DNA from: Candidatus Omnitrophota bacterium
Lineage (GTDB): Bacteria; Omnitrophota; Gorgyraeia; Tantalellales; Tantalellaceae
DNA: 52,161 nt
Direction: 5' to 3'
NCBI GenBank assembly: GCA_043816025.1
Contig: JBDRIH010000030.1
Span: 1 to 52,161 of the forward strand
Position numbers and translations under genes: made by a program. Positions 30,445 through 38,524 of the stretch are shown here, piece after piece. Under the pieces are notes generated by a model. The model was not told the DNA's origin. It ran no database searches and saw only the letters and a list, made by a program, of their open reading frames with translations. How positions within the stretch are numbered: position 1 is the first letter of the stretch; the number at the start of each line of letters is the position of its first letter.

Positions 30445-31446
30445 TTATTCCCCTCCCTTTTCGCCAAGTTGCAACAACGGCAATATCGACTTTTGCTGCG
30501 GATCTATAATGAATTTTTGTTTAGCCTTAGGGAGAACCCCCGCCATCGTCTCAAGATAAAGCCTCTTTTTTGTTATGTCCGGTGCTTTTTTATACTCCTG
30601 CCACGTCACCGTGAATCTTTCCGATTCACCCTTTGCGCGGTTGACCTTATCCAGACCGTAACCTTCGGCCTGCCTTATGGTTCTCTCCGCCTCACCTTTG
30701 GCACGCGGTATCGCCTTGTTGTAAGCTTCCCAGGCCTCATTGATCATCCGTTCCCTTTCCTGCTTGGCCTCGTTTACCTCGTTGAAAGCGGGTTTCACTT
30801 CATCCGGCGGGTTCACATCAAGCAGTTTTACCGTGACTACGTCTATGCCCGTCTGGTATTTATCCAGGAGTTTCTGAAGCTCTACCTGCGCCTGGTGGGC
30901 CACCTCCTGTCGTTTAGTGGTCAGCACTTCGTCCACGGTATAATTACCGCAAAGGCGCCTCATGACCACCTCTGACATGGCCCTGACGTTGGTAACAGGG
31001 TTTCTGGTCTTGAACATCAGTTTGACGGGATCGTTTATTTTAAACTGGACGATCCAGCGTACATCAAGTATGTTCAGGTCTCCCGTAAGCATCAGAGATT
31101 CGTCGGTATACTGTTTCACGGCGTATACGCTCCTCACGCCGGGAAGCGCGGTCCTAAACCCGAACTCCTCCTTGAAAATCTTTTTCACCTTGATAGGAGT
31201 CACTTTTTCAATGCCGAATGGCAGTTTGATGTGAAGCCCCGGCTCTGTGGTTCTTACGTATCTGCCAAACCTCTGGATGACACCGACCTCATCCGGGCCT
31301 ATAGAGTATACGGCTCCCTGCAGGGCGAAAATGATAACAAGCACCGCGATCACGACAGGGATATACTTGCCGTAATCTTTACCCAGCTGTTTTACCCTTT
31401 TCGCCTCATCCTTGAAAAGATCCTCTGGTGAACGAAAATCATCCAT
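30445..31446 (-). CDS. hflK: FtsH protease activity modulator HflK (SPFH/band 7)
   Basis: N-terminal TM helix and SPFH domain, with GPDEVGVIQRFGRY. First gene of the pair. Confidence 0.85.
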   Translation of the reverse strand: MDDFRSPEDLFKDEAKRVKQLGKDYGKYIPVVIAVLVIIFALQGAVYSIGPDEVGVIQRFGRYVRTTEPGLHIKLPFGIEKVTPIKVKKIFKEEFGFRTALPGVRSVYAVKQYTDESLMLTGDLNILDVRWIVQFKINDPVKLMFKTRNPVTNVRAMSEVVMRRLCGNYTVDEVLTTKRQEVAHQAQVELQKLLDKYQTGIDVVTVKLLDVNPPDEVKPAFNEVNEAKQERERMINEAWEAYNKAIPRAKGEAERTIRQAEGYGLDKVNRAKGESERFTVTWQEYKKAPDITKKRLYLETMAGVLPKAKQKFIIDPQQKSILPLLQLGEKGGE

Positions 31447-31544
31447 AATCTATCCTCCTTGCTTTTTCGCAGTAACTACCCCAGCTGCTCATGTATCTCA
31501 GAAAATCGAACCCTTTTATCGGGTTTGATGAATCAAACCACTAC

Positions 31545-31585
31545 TGAACCAGGTTATCACAACCTTGTTGGCTTAACCTGGTTCA
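31545..31585. repeat. TGAACCnGGTTCA-subfamily hairpin (12-bp arms, 17-nt loop)
   Basis: tgaaccaggtta tcacaaccttgttggct taacctggttca. About 80 percent identical to 45876-45915. Confidence 0.85.
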
Positions 31586-31605
31586 AGTCTTGGTCGAACT
31601 TCGTT

Positions 31606-31756
31606 CTGATGTGATGGGTATGTCCGAGCACGGTGTTAAGTTATCTCCCCCATGGGATAAAAATACTTTATACCACTTTAGAATATACTGCACCTGAAGT
31701 ATGATAATAAAAGAGATAACTTTAACAGCGCGCGCAGGATATGCCTATCACATCAG
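31606..31756. repeat. 151-bp element with 20-nt terminal inverted repeats (MITE-like element or long structured RNA)
   Basis: The ends are ctgatgtgatgggtatgtcc and ggatatgcctatcacatcag. Inner arms lie at 31631-31647 and 31713-31730. The centre is AT-rich. Confidence 0.7.
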
Positions 31757-31776
31757 GCAGATGCTTCCCCAAAAAT

Positions 31777-31853
31777 TGGTAGCGGGGGACGGACTCGAAC
31801 CGTCGACAACACGGGTATGAGCCGTGCGCTCTAACCAGCTGAGCTACCCCGCC
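31777..31853 (-). tRNA. tRNA with CAU anticodon (elongator tRNA-Met or tRNA-Ile2 type), CCA encoded
   Basis: Minus strand: ggcgggg ta gctc agctggtta gagc g cacgg ctCATac ccgtg ttgtc gacgg ttcgagt ccgtc ccccgct a cca. 77 nt. It lacks the initiator-type GGG/CCC anticodon stem. Confidence 0.9.
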
Positions 31854-31880
31854 ACAGGTATTGCGTCGCAATGAAGTCTC

Positions 31881-31909
31881 ATTATATTGTATAGGAATAT
31901 GTTTGTCTA
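31881..31909 (-). promoter_or_regulatory. putative sigma70-type promoter for the CAU tRNA
   Basis: On the minus strand: TAGACA, 17 nt, TATAAT, about 28 nt upstream of the tRNA 5' end. The -35 element overlaps the mnmA stop. Confidence 0.5.
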
Positions 31910-33019
31910 CGTTTTTGTGAATCGTCTTGGCGTTGGCGAATCTGTTTCAAGCACTTCCTCGATCCATCCTCCGCCGGCGACTATTTCGCCGTCATAAAAC
32001 ACCGCCGCCTGTCCGGGTGTGGGCGCGAATTGCGGCCGGTCAAATTCCACTATCGCCTCATCGTCGCCCCAGGGCGTAACAGTCGCCTGTACTTTCTCGC
32101 CGTTATACCGTATCCTCGTCGCAAATTCTACAGGATCCTCGAGCTTATCCATTGTAAGCCAGTTGAACCCGGCAACGCGTATCTTGCTGTTCATAGCGTG
32201 GGACCTGTCCCCCACCGTTATCGTGTTATTCTCAGGATCTATCCTTAGCACATACACGGGATCCGGCATGGCCAGCCCGAGCCCGCGTCGCTGACCGACG
32301 GTGTACGAAGCTATACCCTTATGGCGGCCGATCACTTTACCCGATGTGTCCAGTATTTCGCCCGGCAAAAACGCGTCAACGCCGAGTTTTTTCAGATACT
32401 CGCGGTAACCGCCTTCGGCCGTCGCGAAGCATATATCCTGGCTCGGCTTGCGCCATGCCGACATGAAGTTCTGGTTCTCGGCGACCTCCCTCACCTTTTC
32501 TTTGGCAGATTCGCCGAGCGGGAATTCTATAAAGGGAAGCGTCTCTTTCGGGATATCGTAAAGAAAATACGACTGGTCTCGCCATTTGTCCTTGGCTTCG
32601 GCCAGACGATAATCCTCCCCGGCTTTTATTATGCGGGCGTAATGCCCTGTAGCTATTCTTTCAGCGCCCAGCTCACGCGCCTTCACAAGTAAACAGCCGA
32701 ACTTTATCTTGCTGTTACAGTAGATACACGGGTTCGGGGTCCTGCCGCGAACATATTCCTCGGCAAAATAGTTTTTGACCATCTCCGTAAACTCTTTTGA
32801 CAGATCGACAACGTGGTATGGAATATCCAGTTCACTGGCTACACCTCGCGCGTATTGTATGGCCTCAAGCGAACAGCACATCTTTTCACCGACGCCTCCG
32901 CATTCCTCTTTCGGCCACGTCTTTATGGTGATCCCGATAAGGTCGTATCCTTTTCTTTTAAGCTCAAGCGCCGCAACGCTTGAATCCACTCCCCCGGACA
33001 TCGCCACAACAGCGCGCAT
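31907..33019 (-). CDS. mnmA: tRNA 2-thiouridine(34) synthase MnmA
   Basis: PP-loop AMSGGVDSS, and NPCIYCN. Confidence 0.92.
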   Translation of the reverse strand: MRAVVAMSGGVDSSVAALELKRKGYDLIGITIKTWPKEECGGVGEKMCCSLEAIQYARGVASELDIPYHVVDLSKEFTEMVKNYFAEEYVRGRTPNPCIYCNSKIKFGCLLVKARELGAERIATGHYARIIKAGEDYRLAEAKDKWRDQSYFLYDIPKETLPFIEFPLGESAKEKVREVAENQNFMSAWRKPSQDICFATAEGGYREYLKKLGVDAFLPGEILDTSGKVIGRHKGIASYTVGQRRGLGLAMPDPVYVLRIDPENNTITVGDRSHAMNSKIRVAGFNWLTMDKLEDPVEFATRIRYNGEKVQATVTPWGDDEAIVEFDRPQFAPTPGQAAVFYDGEIVAGGGWIEEVLETDSPTPRRFTKT

Positions 33020-33024
33020 GAAAA

Positions 33025-34026
33025 CTACCTCCTTACAACGTATTTTTCCGCGCCTTTGGAAAAATCAATTTTAAGCTTGCCCCCGGAATATGCCAGAGTT
33101 ATCACCTCTACGTTATCCAGCGTATCGGCAAGCGTTATCGCCTTGCCGGGCCCCATGGCCATCATACCCGTAGCCAGCGCGTCAGCTACGATGCAGGTGG
33201 GCGCTATCACCGTAACGCTGGAAGGAACTTCTGCCCTGGCCTTATCAACGGACGGATCGATAATATGCGATACAGCCTCGCCCGTATCTTTGTCAATGAC
33301 CACATTCTCGTAATCCCCGCTTGTCGCAACAGCCATATCCCTGATGCCGAGGACGATAACCACTCTCATTGAAGCGGGTTCTCTCACCCCGATATTCCAG
33401 ATGCCGCTTCGGTCTTTATCTCCGCAATAAATGTCCCCTCCGGCGTTTATCAAACAAGCGGTTATTCCTTTTTTCTTCAGGAATTTCGCAATCCGGTCGA
33501 CGATATAACCCTTGGCTATCCCGGAAAGATCTATCCACGCGCCGTTTTGCAGTGTAACAAGCCTTTCCTGCAGATTCAGCGTGACATTTTCCCAACCAAC
33601 GCCGCCGAAACCCTCGGGGATCTTATCGCGGATCTCAGCGGGCATATCCTCGTAAAATCCGTTCGCCTTAAGTATGGGGGCTACGGTTATATCAAATTCG
33701 CCGCCTGTCTCGCTGCTTATACTGTTGGCTTTTTCGATAAGGTCAAAAAGTTCCGTGGAAACCTTTTGCGTCTTCGCGATATTAAGAGCGTTGACCTCGC
33801 TTAACGGATAGAAAACGCTGAATCTCTGTTCCAGTCTGCGCGCAAGTGCCAGGGCCGCCTGGGCCGCCTCTTTCAGCTGCGCCTTGGAACGACCGGGCGC
33901 GGCGACCTTGACCTGCACGAACGTGCCCATAAGCGGTTCTGTCCGCGAATATTCGCCCGGCCCCGTCAGGTGCGAACACCCGGCTATCAAAAGAGCGCCA
34001 AACAATATATAAAAAAGTCGCTTCAT
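33025..34026 (-). CDS. apbE: FAD:protein FMN transferase (ApbE family lipoprotein)
   Basis: Lipobox IAGCS, MGT, ATSGDYENV, and IDPSVDKAR. Confidence 0.85.
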   Translation of the reverse strand: MKRLFYILFGALLIAGCSHLTGPGEYSRTEPLMGTFVQVKVAAPGRSKAQLKEAAQAALALARRLEQRFSVFYPLSEVNALNIAKTQKVSTELFDLIEKANSISSETGGEFDITVAPILKANGFYEDMPAEIRDKIPEGFGGVGWENVTLNLQERLVTLQNGAWIDLSGIAKGYIVDRIAKFLKKKGITACLINAGGDIYCGDKDRSGIWNIGVREPASMRVVIVLGIRDMAVATSGDYENVVIDKDTGEAVSHIIDPSVDKARAEVPSSVTVIAPTCIVADALATGMMAMGPGKAITLADTLDNVEVITLAYSGGKLKIDFSKGAEKYVVRR

Positions 34027-34027
34027 C

Positions 34028-35173
34028 CTAATTGAGATTGCTGATCACACGATCCATGTCCACATATTTCTCTATCATGTCTATCGCCAGTTTTATCTTA
34101 TTCTTGTCCCTGGCCTTTATCTTGACAGTGAGGTCATGAACCCTGGAGGCTACTTCGTACGTCCCCAGCCGTGACATGAGAGTCGGTATATCCGTTTTTC
34201 TGAGGGCGTTATAGATCCGCCTTTTCGGGGCATGTCCGCCCGAAAGAATGATCCCCGCTATTCTTTTAGGCGCCCTGAAATGTCCGGTATGAACCTTTAT
34301 AAGAAGATTTATGAGGTCCGCCCTGTTGGCGGGAGTGATGACAAGACAGTCGTCTTCGATGTGCTGCGCGGCTTCGGCCACATCCATAGCGCCTACCAGG
34401 ATTTTGCTCATCTGGCGGTTGAGGAATTTTTCGCCGCACAGCACGTGCATATCCAGCTCTTCCCTAAAATCGTACATGGTGGGGATGTCCAGCGCCTCTA
34501 CATACGGGACAACTCCAAGTACCGGGATACCGAGCCTGTGCAAACCTGCCCTGGCATATTTACTGACCTTTTCAAATTTCTGCGGGAGGACCTTATTCAC
34601 GATAACACCGGCAAGTTTTACTCCCATCTTATCAAAGAGCGACTTGTTAAGCATGATCTCATCGATAGGGTTGCCTATACCTCCCGGCGATACCATTATG
34701 ACTTTCGAGTCAAGCATACTGGCTACCGCAGCATTCGAGAGGTCAAACACCGATCCCACTCCCGCATGTCCTGTTCCCTCGATAATGACCAGCTCTTTGC
34801 CATCCGCCACATGGTTAAACGCCTCTTTGATCCTAGCGGCGGCGTTCATCGTCTCGTCTCCGTCGAGGAACCTTTCCGTATAACCCCGTTCGACCGCGAT
34901 GGGGGACATATCCTGAAGGGGGGACTTGAATTTGAATATATGTTCCATGAGGACCGAATCCTCGTCGACCTTATGTCCACCCTCTACTACCATATAACGC
35001 TGCCCTACCGGCTTGATAAAACCTATTTTCCTGAAACGGTTCATGAGCGTGGCGATAAGCCCCAGCGATACGGTAGTCTTACCGACGTTCTGCCGGGTGG
35101 CAGCTATGAAAATCCGCCTAGTCCGCTTTATACCGAAAATCTTCTCCCAGGTTTCTTCTATGTAGGACTTCAT
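34028..35173 (-). CDS. P-loop (BioD/CobQ-like) plus DRTGG domain protein, similar to the N-terminal regulatory part of phosphotransacetylase
   Basis: P-loop ATRQNVGKTTVSLGL, and a C-terminal DRTGG-like region (VITPANRADL). Confidence 0.65.
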   Translation of the reverse strand: MKSYIEETWEKIFGIKRTRRIFIAATRQNVGKTTVSLGLIATLMNRFRKIGFIKPVGQRYMVVEGGHKVDEDSVLMEHIFKFKSPLQDMSPIAVERGYTERFLDGDETMNAAARIKEAFNHVADGKELVIIEGTGHAGVGSVFDLSNAAVASMLDSKVIMVSPGGIGNPIDEIMLNKSLFDKMGVKLAGVIVNKVLPQKFEKVSKYARAGLHRLGIPVLGVVPYVEALDIPTMYDFREELDMHVLCGEKFLNRQMSKILVGAMDVAEAAQHIEDDCLVITPANRADLINLLIKVHTGHFRAPKRIAGIILSGGHAPKRRIYNALRKTDIPTLMSRLGTYEVASRVHDLTVKIKARDKNKIKLAIDMIEKYVDMDRVISNLN

Positions 35174-35191
35174 AATAAGATTGGTGGTTTT

Positions 35192-36001
35192 TTATGACGA
35201 AAACGAATGTTCGTCGTCGGGAAAAACGCCTGATTCGGTTTCGCTTTTAAAAGCCTTGATCGCTTCCAGCATTTGAGCGTTGATTTTGGCGTACTGTTTT
35301 ACAAATTTCGGAACAAACTTATCAAAATAACCCACTATGTCATGCGTTACAAGCACCTGTCCGTCGCAATACTGCCCCGCGCCTATACCTATGGTCGGGA
35401 TACCGAGCCGACCGGTGATTTTTTTTGCCAGTTCTCTGGGTACGCATTCCAGGATAATGGCGAAACATCCTGTTTTTTCGAGGGCGGCGGCACCCGTGAT
35501 GAGCCTGCTTGCAGATTCAGCTGTCTTGCCCTGCACCCTGTATCCTCCCAGCTTGCTAACGCTCTGCGGCGTTAGCCCTATATGCCCCAGAACCGGTATG
35601 CCTGCATCTATTATCGCCTTCACGCGGGAAGAGACCTCTTCTCCTCCTTCGACTTTCACCGCATCGCAACCGGCTTCTTTCACAAACCTGCCGGCGTTCC
35701 GTACCGCGTCCTCGTCGCTGGCCTGATACGACATAAAAGGCATGTCGCCTATAAGGAAGGCGCGTGTAAGCCCCCTTCGTACGGCTTTCGCGTGATGTAT
35801 CATCTCATCCATAGTCACGCGGACAGTGGAATCATACCCAAGCACGACCATGCCCAAAGAATCCCCGACCAGTACCGCGTCTATACCGCCCGAGTCTACC
35901 AAGCGCGCCATGGGGTAGTCGTAAGCGGTAAGCATGGTTATCTTCTCGCCGGTTTCTTTCTTCTTCTTAAAATCGAGTATCGTAACTTTATCGTTCGCCA
36001 T
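35192..36001 (-). CDS. panB: 3-methyl-2-oxobutanoate hydroxymethyltransferase
   Basis: MLTAYDYPMA, VGDSLGMVVLGY, VKVEGG. Confidence 0.93.
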   Translation of the reverse strand: MANDKVTILDFKKKKETGEKITMLTAYDYPMARLVDSGGIDAVLVGDSLGMVVLGYDSTVRVTMDEMIHHAKAVRRGLTRAFLIGDMPFMSYQASDEDAVRNAGRFVKEAGCDAVKVEGGEEVSSRVKAIIDAGIPVLGHIGLTPQSVSKLGGYRVQGKTAESASRLITGAAALEKTGCFAIILECVPRELAKKITGRLGIPTIGIGAGQYCDGQVLVTHDIVGYFDKFVPKFVKQYAKINAQMLEAIKAFKSETESGVFPDDEHSFSS

Positions 36002-36016
36002 GGTCCTTCACCCAAA

Positions 36017-36047
36017 ATCTAACCTGACAAATCTAACCTGGTTAGAT
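36017..36047. repeat. Family-A repeat unit containing the 17-bp palindrome ATCTAACCTGGTTAGAT
   Basis: atctaacctgacaaatctaacctggttagat. It lies 3 nt after the metF stop and 15 nt before the panB ATG. Confidence 0.88.
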
Positions 36048-36050
36048 TAA

Positions 36051-36926
36051 TTACATCCCTATCTTGTCCAGGATCGCCGCAACAAGATAGTTAGCCTTTA
36101 TCGGCATAAAATGAACGCCGTCACATACCTCGCGAATGCCGTCCATTATGTCCGCCGCCACTCCAGCAGCATACCCCTCGACGTCACTTGTCTTATCAAT
36201 CTTCTCGACTATATCTTCGGGTACGTGAACGCCCGGAACGTTCGCGTTCATATAACGGGCCATTTTAGCGGACTTAAGGGGTACGATGCCCCCCAAGAGC
36301 TTTATCCTGGAACGGATATGTTTTATGTTTTTAACAAATTCTTTGAACGCCTGCACGTCAAAGATGCCCTGAGTCTGAAAAAACTGGGCTCCTTCGGCGA
36401 TTTTCTTTTCCATCTTAATGATCTCCGGCTCCAGGGGTTCGGCCCCGGGATTAACCACCGCGCCCACACAGAAACCGGGAACAGTGTCCAGCTTTTTCCC
36501 CGCGAGATCCCTGCCGCTCTGAAGTTCCTTAATGGCGTGTAATAGACCCACCGAATCCAGGTCGTATACGGCTTTGGCCTGCGGATGGTCCCCAAGCAGC
36601 GGATGGTCGCCCGTCATGACCAGCACGTTACGTATTCCCAATATGTGCGCCGAAAGAATATCGGATTGTAGCGCTATGCGGTTACGATCGCGGCATGTGA
36701 TCTGGCAGATAGGTTCGTACCCTCTATCTTTGAGAAACTTGCTCGTCGCGATAGAACCCAGTCGCATGACAGAACTCTGCTGATCGGTAACGTTAACGGC
36801 ATCGACCCTGCCCCGCACGCATTCCAACTCTTCGAAAACGGCGTCCAGGGATACCCCTTTCGGCGGACCGATCTCCGTGGTCACGACAAATTTCCCGTTA
36901 TCAAGACTCTCTTTGAATTTTGACAT
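36051..36926 (-). CDS. metF: methylenetetrahydrofolate reductase
   Basis: MTHFR-family pattern (FVVTTEIGPPKG, VNVTDQ, CRDRN). I prefer the ATG at 36926 over the GTG at 36938. Confidence 0.85.
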   Translation of the reverse strand: MSKFKESLDNGKFVVTTEIGPPKGVSLDAVFEELECVRGRVDAVNVTDQQSSVMRLGSIATSKFLKDRGYEPICQITCRDRNRIALQSDILSAHILGIRNVLVMTGDHPLLGDHPQAKAVYDLDSVGLLHAIKELQSGRDLAGKKLDTVPGFCVGAVVNPGAEPLEPEIIKMEKKIAEGAQFFQTQGIFDVQAFKEFVKNIKHIRSRIKLLGGIVPLKSAKMARYMNANVPGVHVPEDIVEKIDKTSDVEGYAAGVAADIMDGIREVCDGVHFMPIKANYLVAAILDKIGM

Positions 36927-36976
36927 TTTATCCCGCACCAGAACACCCCTAACTTAATTTGGAAACTATGAATACT

Positions 36977-37026
36977 ACCGAACGCACCGGCGTTCGGTGC
37001 GGGATTCCGCCCTTTGGTGGAATCCC
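36977..37026. repeat. Two tandem GC-rich hairpins in the folD-metF spacer
   Basis: accgaacgc accg gcgttcggt (9-bp stem), then gggattcc gccctttggt ggaatccc (8-bp stem). Confidence 0.7.
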
Positions 37027-37045
37027 CAAAAAAGCTCCACCGACT

Positions 37046-37909
37046 TTAATCGGTTGGGCTACACTTTCCGTATGCTCTTAAGACGTTGCGCATTAATATG
37101 GATACAGTCACCGGGCCTACACCTCCCGGAACCGGCGTGATAACCGAAGCTTTCTCCTCGGCTTCGGAGAAATTGACGTCACCGACTATCCGGTCACCCG
37201 ATTTGTTGATGCCGACGTCTATGACAACGGCGCCTTTGGCGATCCAGTCGCCTCTGACCATCTCGGCCTTACCTACCGCAACTACCAGTATGTCCGCCTT
37301 CCTCGCGTGAGCGGCAAGGTCACCCTTCTCGGCCGTGGCGATATGACAAACAGTCGTGGTGGCCATTTCGTTCAGCATCATCATACTCAGGGGTTTTCCC
37401 ACAATGGCGGAATGACCGATAATGACAACCTCTTTACCGTAAAGATCTATACCCTGTACGCTCAGTATCTTCATAACCGCCCCGGGCGTGCACGGAACAA
37501 TATCCGCTTCTTTCCGTAATATCCTGCCGAGATTATACGGATGTATGCCTTCGGCATCTTTCTCCGGCGCTATACTGGCTGCGACTCTGTCATAGTCGAT
37601 GTTCTCAGGAAGCGGCTTCTGCACGATAATCGCCGTGACCGTCTCGTCCGAGTTCATCTCTTCTATTTTTTCGATCAAAGTCTCTTGAGAAATGTCCGCG
37701 TCCAGCTGGCATAGGTCAAATTCTATGCCGACATCTTCAGCCGTTTTTCCCTGCATTTTGGCGTAGATTCTCGCCTCTTCGGCCTGTCCTACCATAAGGG
37801 ATACAAGCTTGGGAGCACGTCCGACGGAGCTGCGGAGCACCTGTATCTTTTCTTTTACAGCGGCATTTATGCCTTTCGCTATTTCTCTGCCGTTAATTAT
37901 TTCAGCCAT
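37046..37909 (-). CDS. folD: bifunctional methylenetetrahydrofolate dehydrogenase / methenyltetrahydrofolate cyclohydrolase
   Basis: VIIGHSAIVGKPL, PVPGGVGPVT. Confidence 0.93.
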   Translation of the reverse strand: MAEIINGREIAKGINAAVKEKIQVLRSSVGRAPKLVSLMVGQAEEARIYAKMQGKTAEDVGIEFDLCQLDADISQETLIEKIEEMNSDETVTAIIVQKPLPENIDYDRVAASIAPEKDAEGIHPYNLGRILRKEADIVPCTPGAVMKILSVQGIDLYGKEVVIIGHSAIVGKPLSMMMLNEMATTTVCHIATAEKGDLAAHARKADILVVAVGKAEMVRGDWIAKGAVVIDVGINKSGDRIVGDVNFSEAEEKASVITPVPGGVGPVTVSILMRNVLRAYGKCSPTD

Positions 37910-37927
37910 GGCTATCCTTTGGTTTAA

Positions 37928-38524
37928 TTATATCTTTAAGCCGGATTCTACCTTGCTGGCCGCGCGATCTATGCCTTTTATCATTGTCTTCAGTTTATCC
38001 TCTGTATCCTCGACGAATGAACGGTCCTTGATGTACTTGAGGTTGATTTCCACGTTAAGCTGCGCGGAACAAAAAGCCGCTTTCAGAATATGAGACGCGC
38101 ACCCCACATCGGTCAGGAGATTCCTGTTAGCACTGTCTAAAAGACGTGCCGTTATTTCCATGGATTTGTGACACTCGCGGCATATTTTCATCGGCACCAT
38201 GGCCGCGGCGATATATTCTTTCTGCGCATCTGGTTTAGACAAAAGCGCCTCTTTAAGTTCCCGGAAGGCTTTGCAGTCCTCGTCTACCAAAAGAGAAAGA
38301 TGATCCAGGCTTTCCTGCTGAGACTGTCTATCCTCTAAAAGCCCCTGGGCAAGCTCATCGGAATCGCTCTTTATGCTGTAATTTATGACCATAAGATTGA
38401 GACCCGCGCCCAGCGCTGCGGTAAGCGCCGAGGCACTCCCGCCTCCGGGAACTATCTTGCGTTCGGATAACTCCTTGAGGTATTCTTTGATATTGCCCTG
38501 CAAGAAGAGCTGCATATCCGTCAC
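37928..38524 (-). CDS. fchA: cyclodeaminase/cyclohydrolase family protein (FchA-like methenyl-THF cyclohydrolase)
   Basis: FTCD_C-type motif PGGGSASALTAALGAGLNLMV. Confidence 0.78.
   Translation of the reverse strand: MTDMQLFLQGNIKEYLKELSERKIVPGGGSASALTAALGAGLNLMVINYSIKSDSDELAQGLLEDRQSQQESLDHLSLLVDEDCKAFRELKEALLSKPDAQKEYIAAAMVPMKICRECHKSMEITARLLDSANRNLLTDVGCASHILKAAFCSAQLNVEINLKYIKDRSFVEDTEDKLKTMIKGIDRAASKVESGLKI

Noticed and set aside
31614-31697. A 27-codon plus-strand ORF (MGMSEHGVKLSPPWDKNTLYHFRIYCT) inside the 151-bp TIR element, as a toxin or small protein.
   Set aside because: There is no Shine-Dalgarno sequence. The start codon is buried in the terminal helix. The peptide has no hydrophobic, toxin-like segment.
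31606-31756. The long hairpin as 6S RNA.
   Set aside because: The general shape, a long helix with a central open region, is compatible. I cannot see the conserved 6S central-bubble features. The usual genomic context is absent, and the orientation is ambiguous. I kept it only as something to test with a covariance model.
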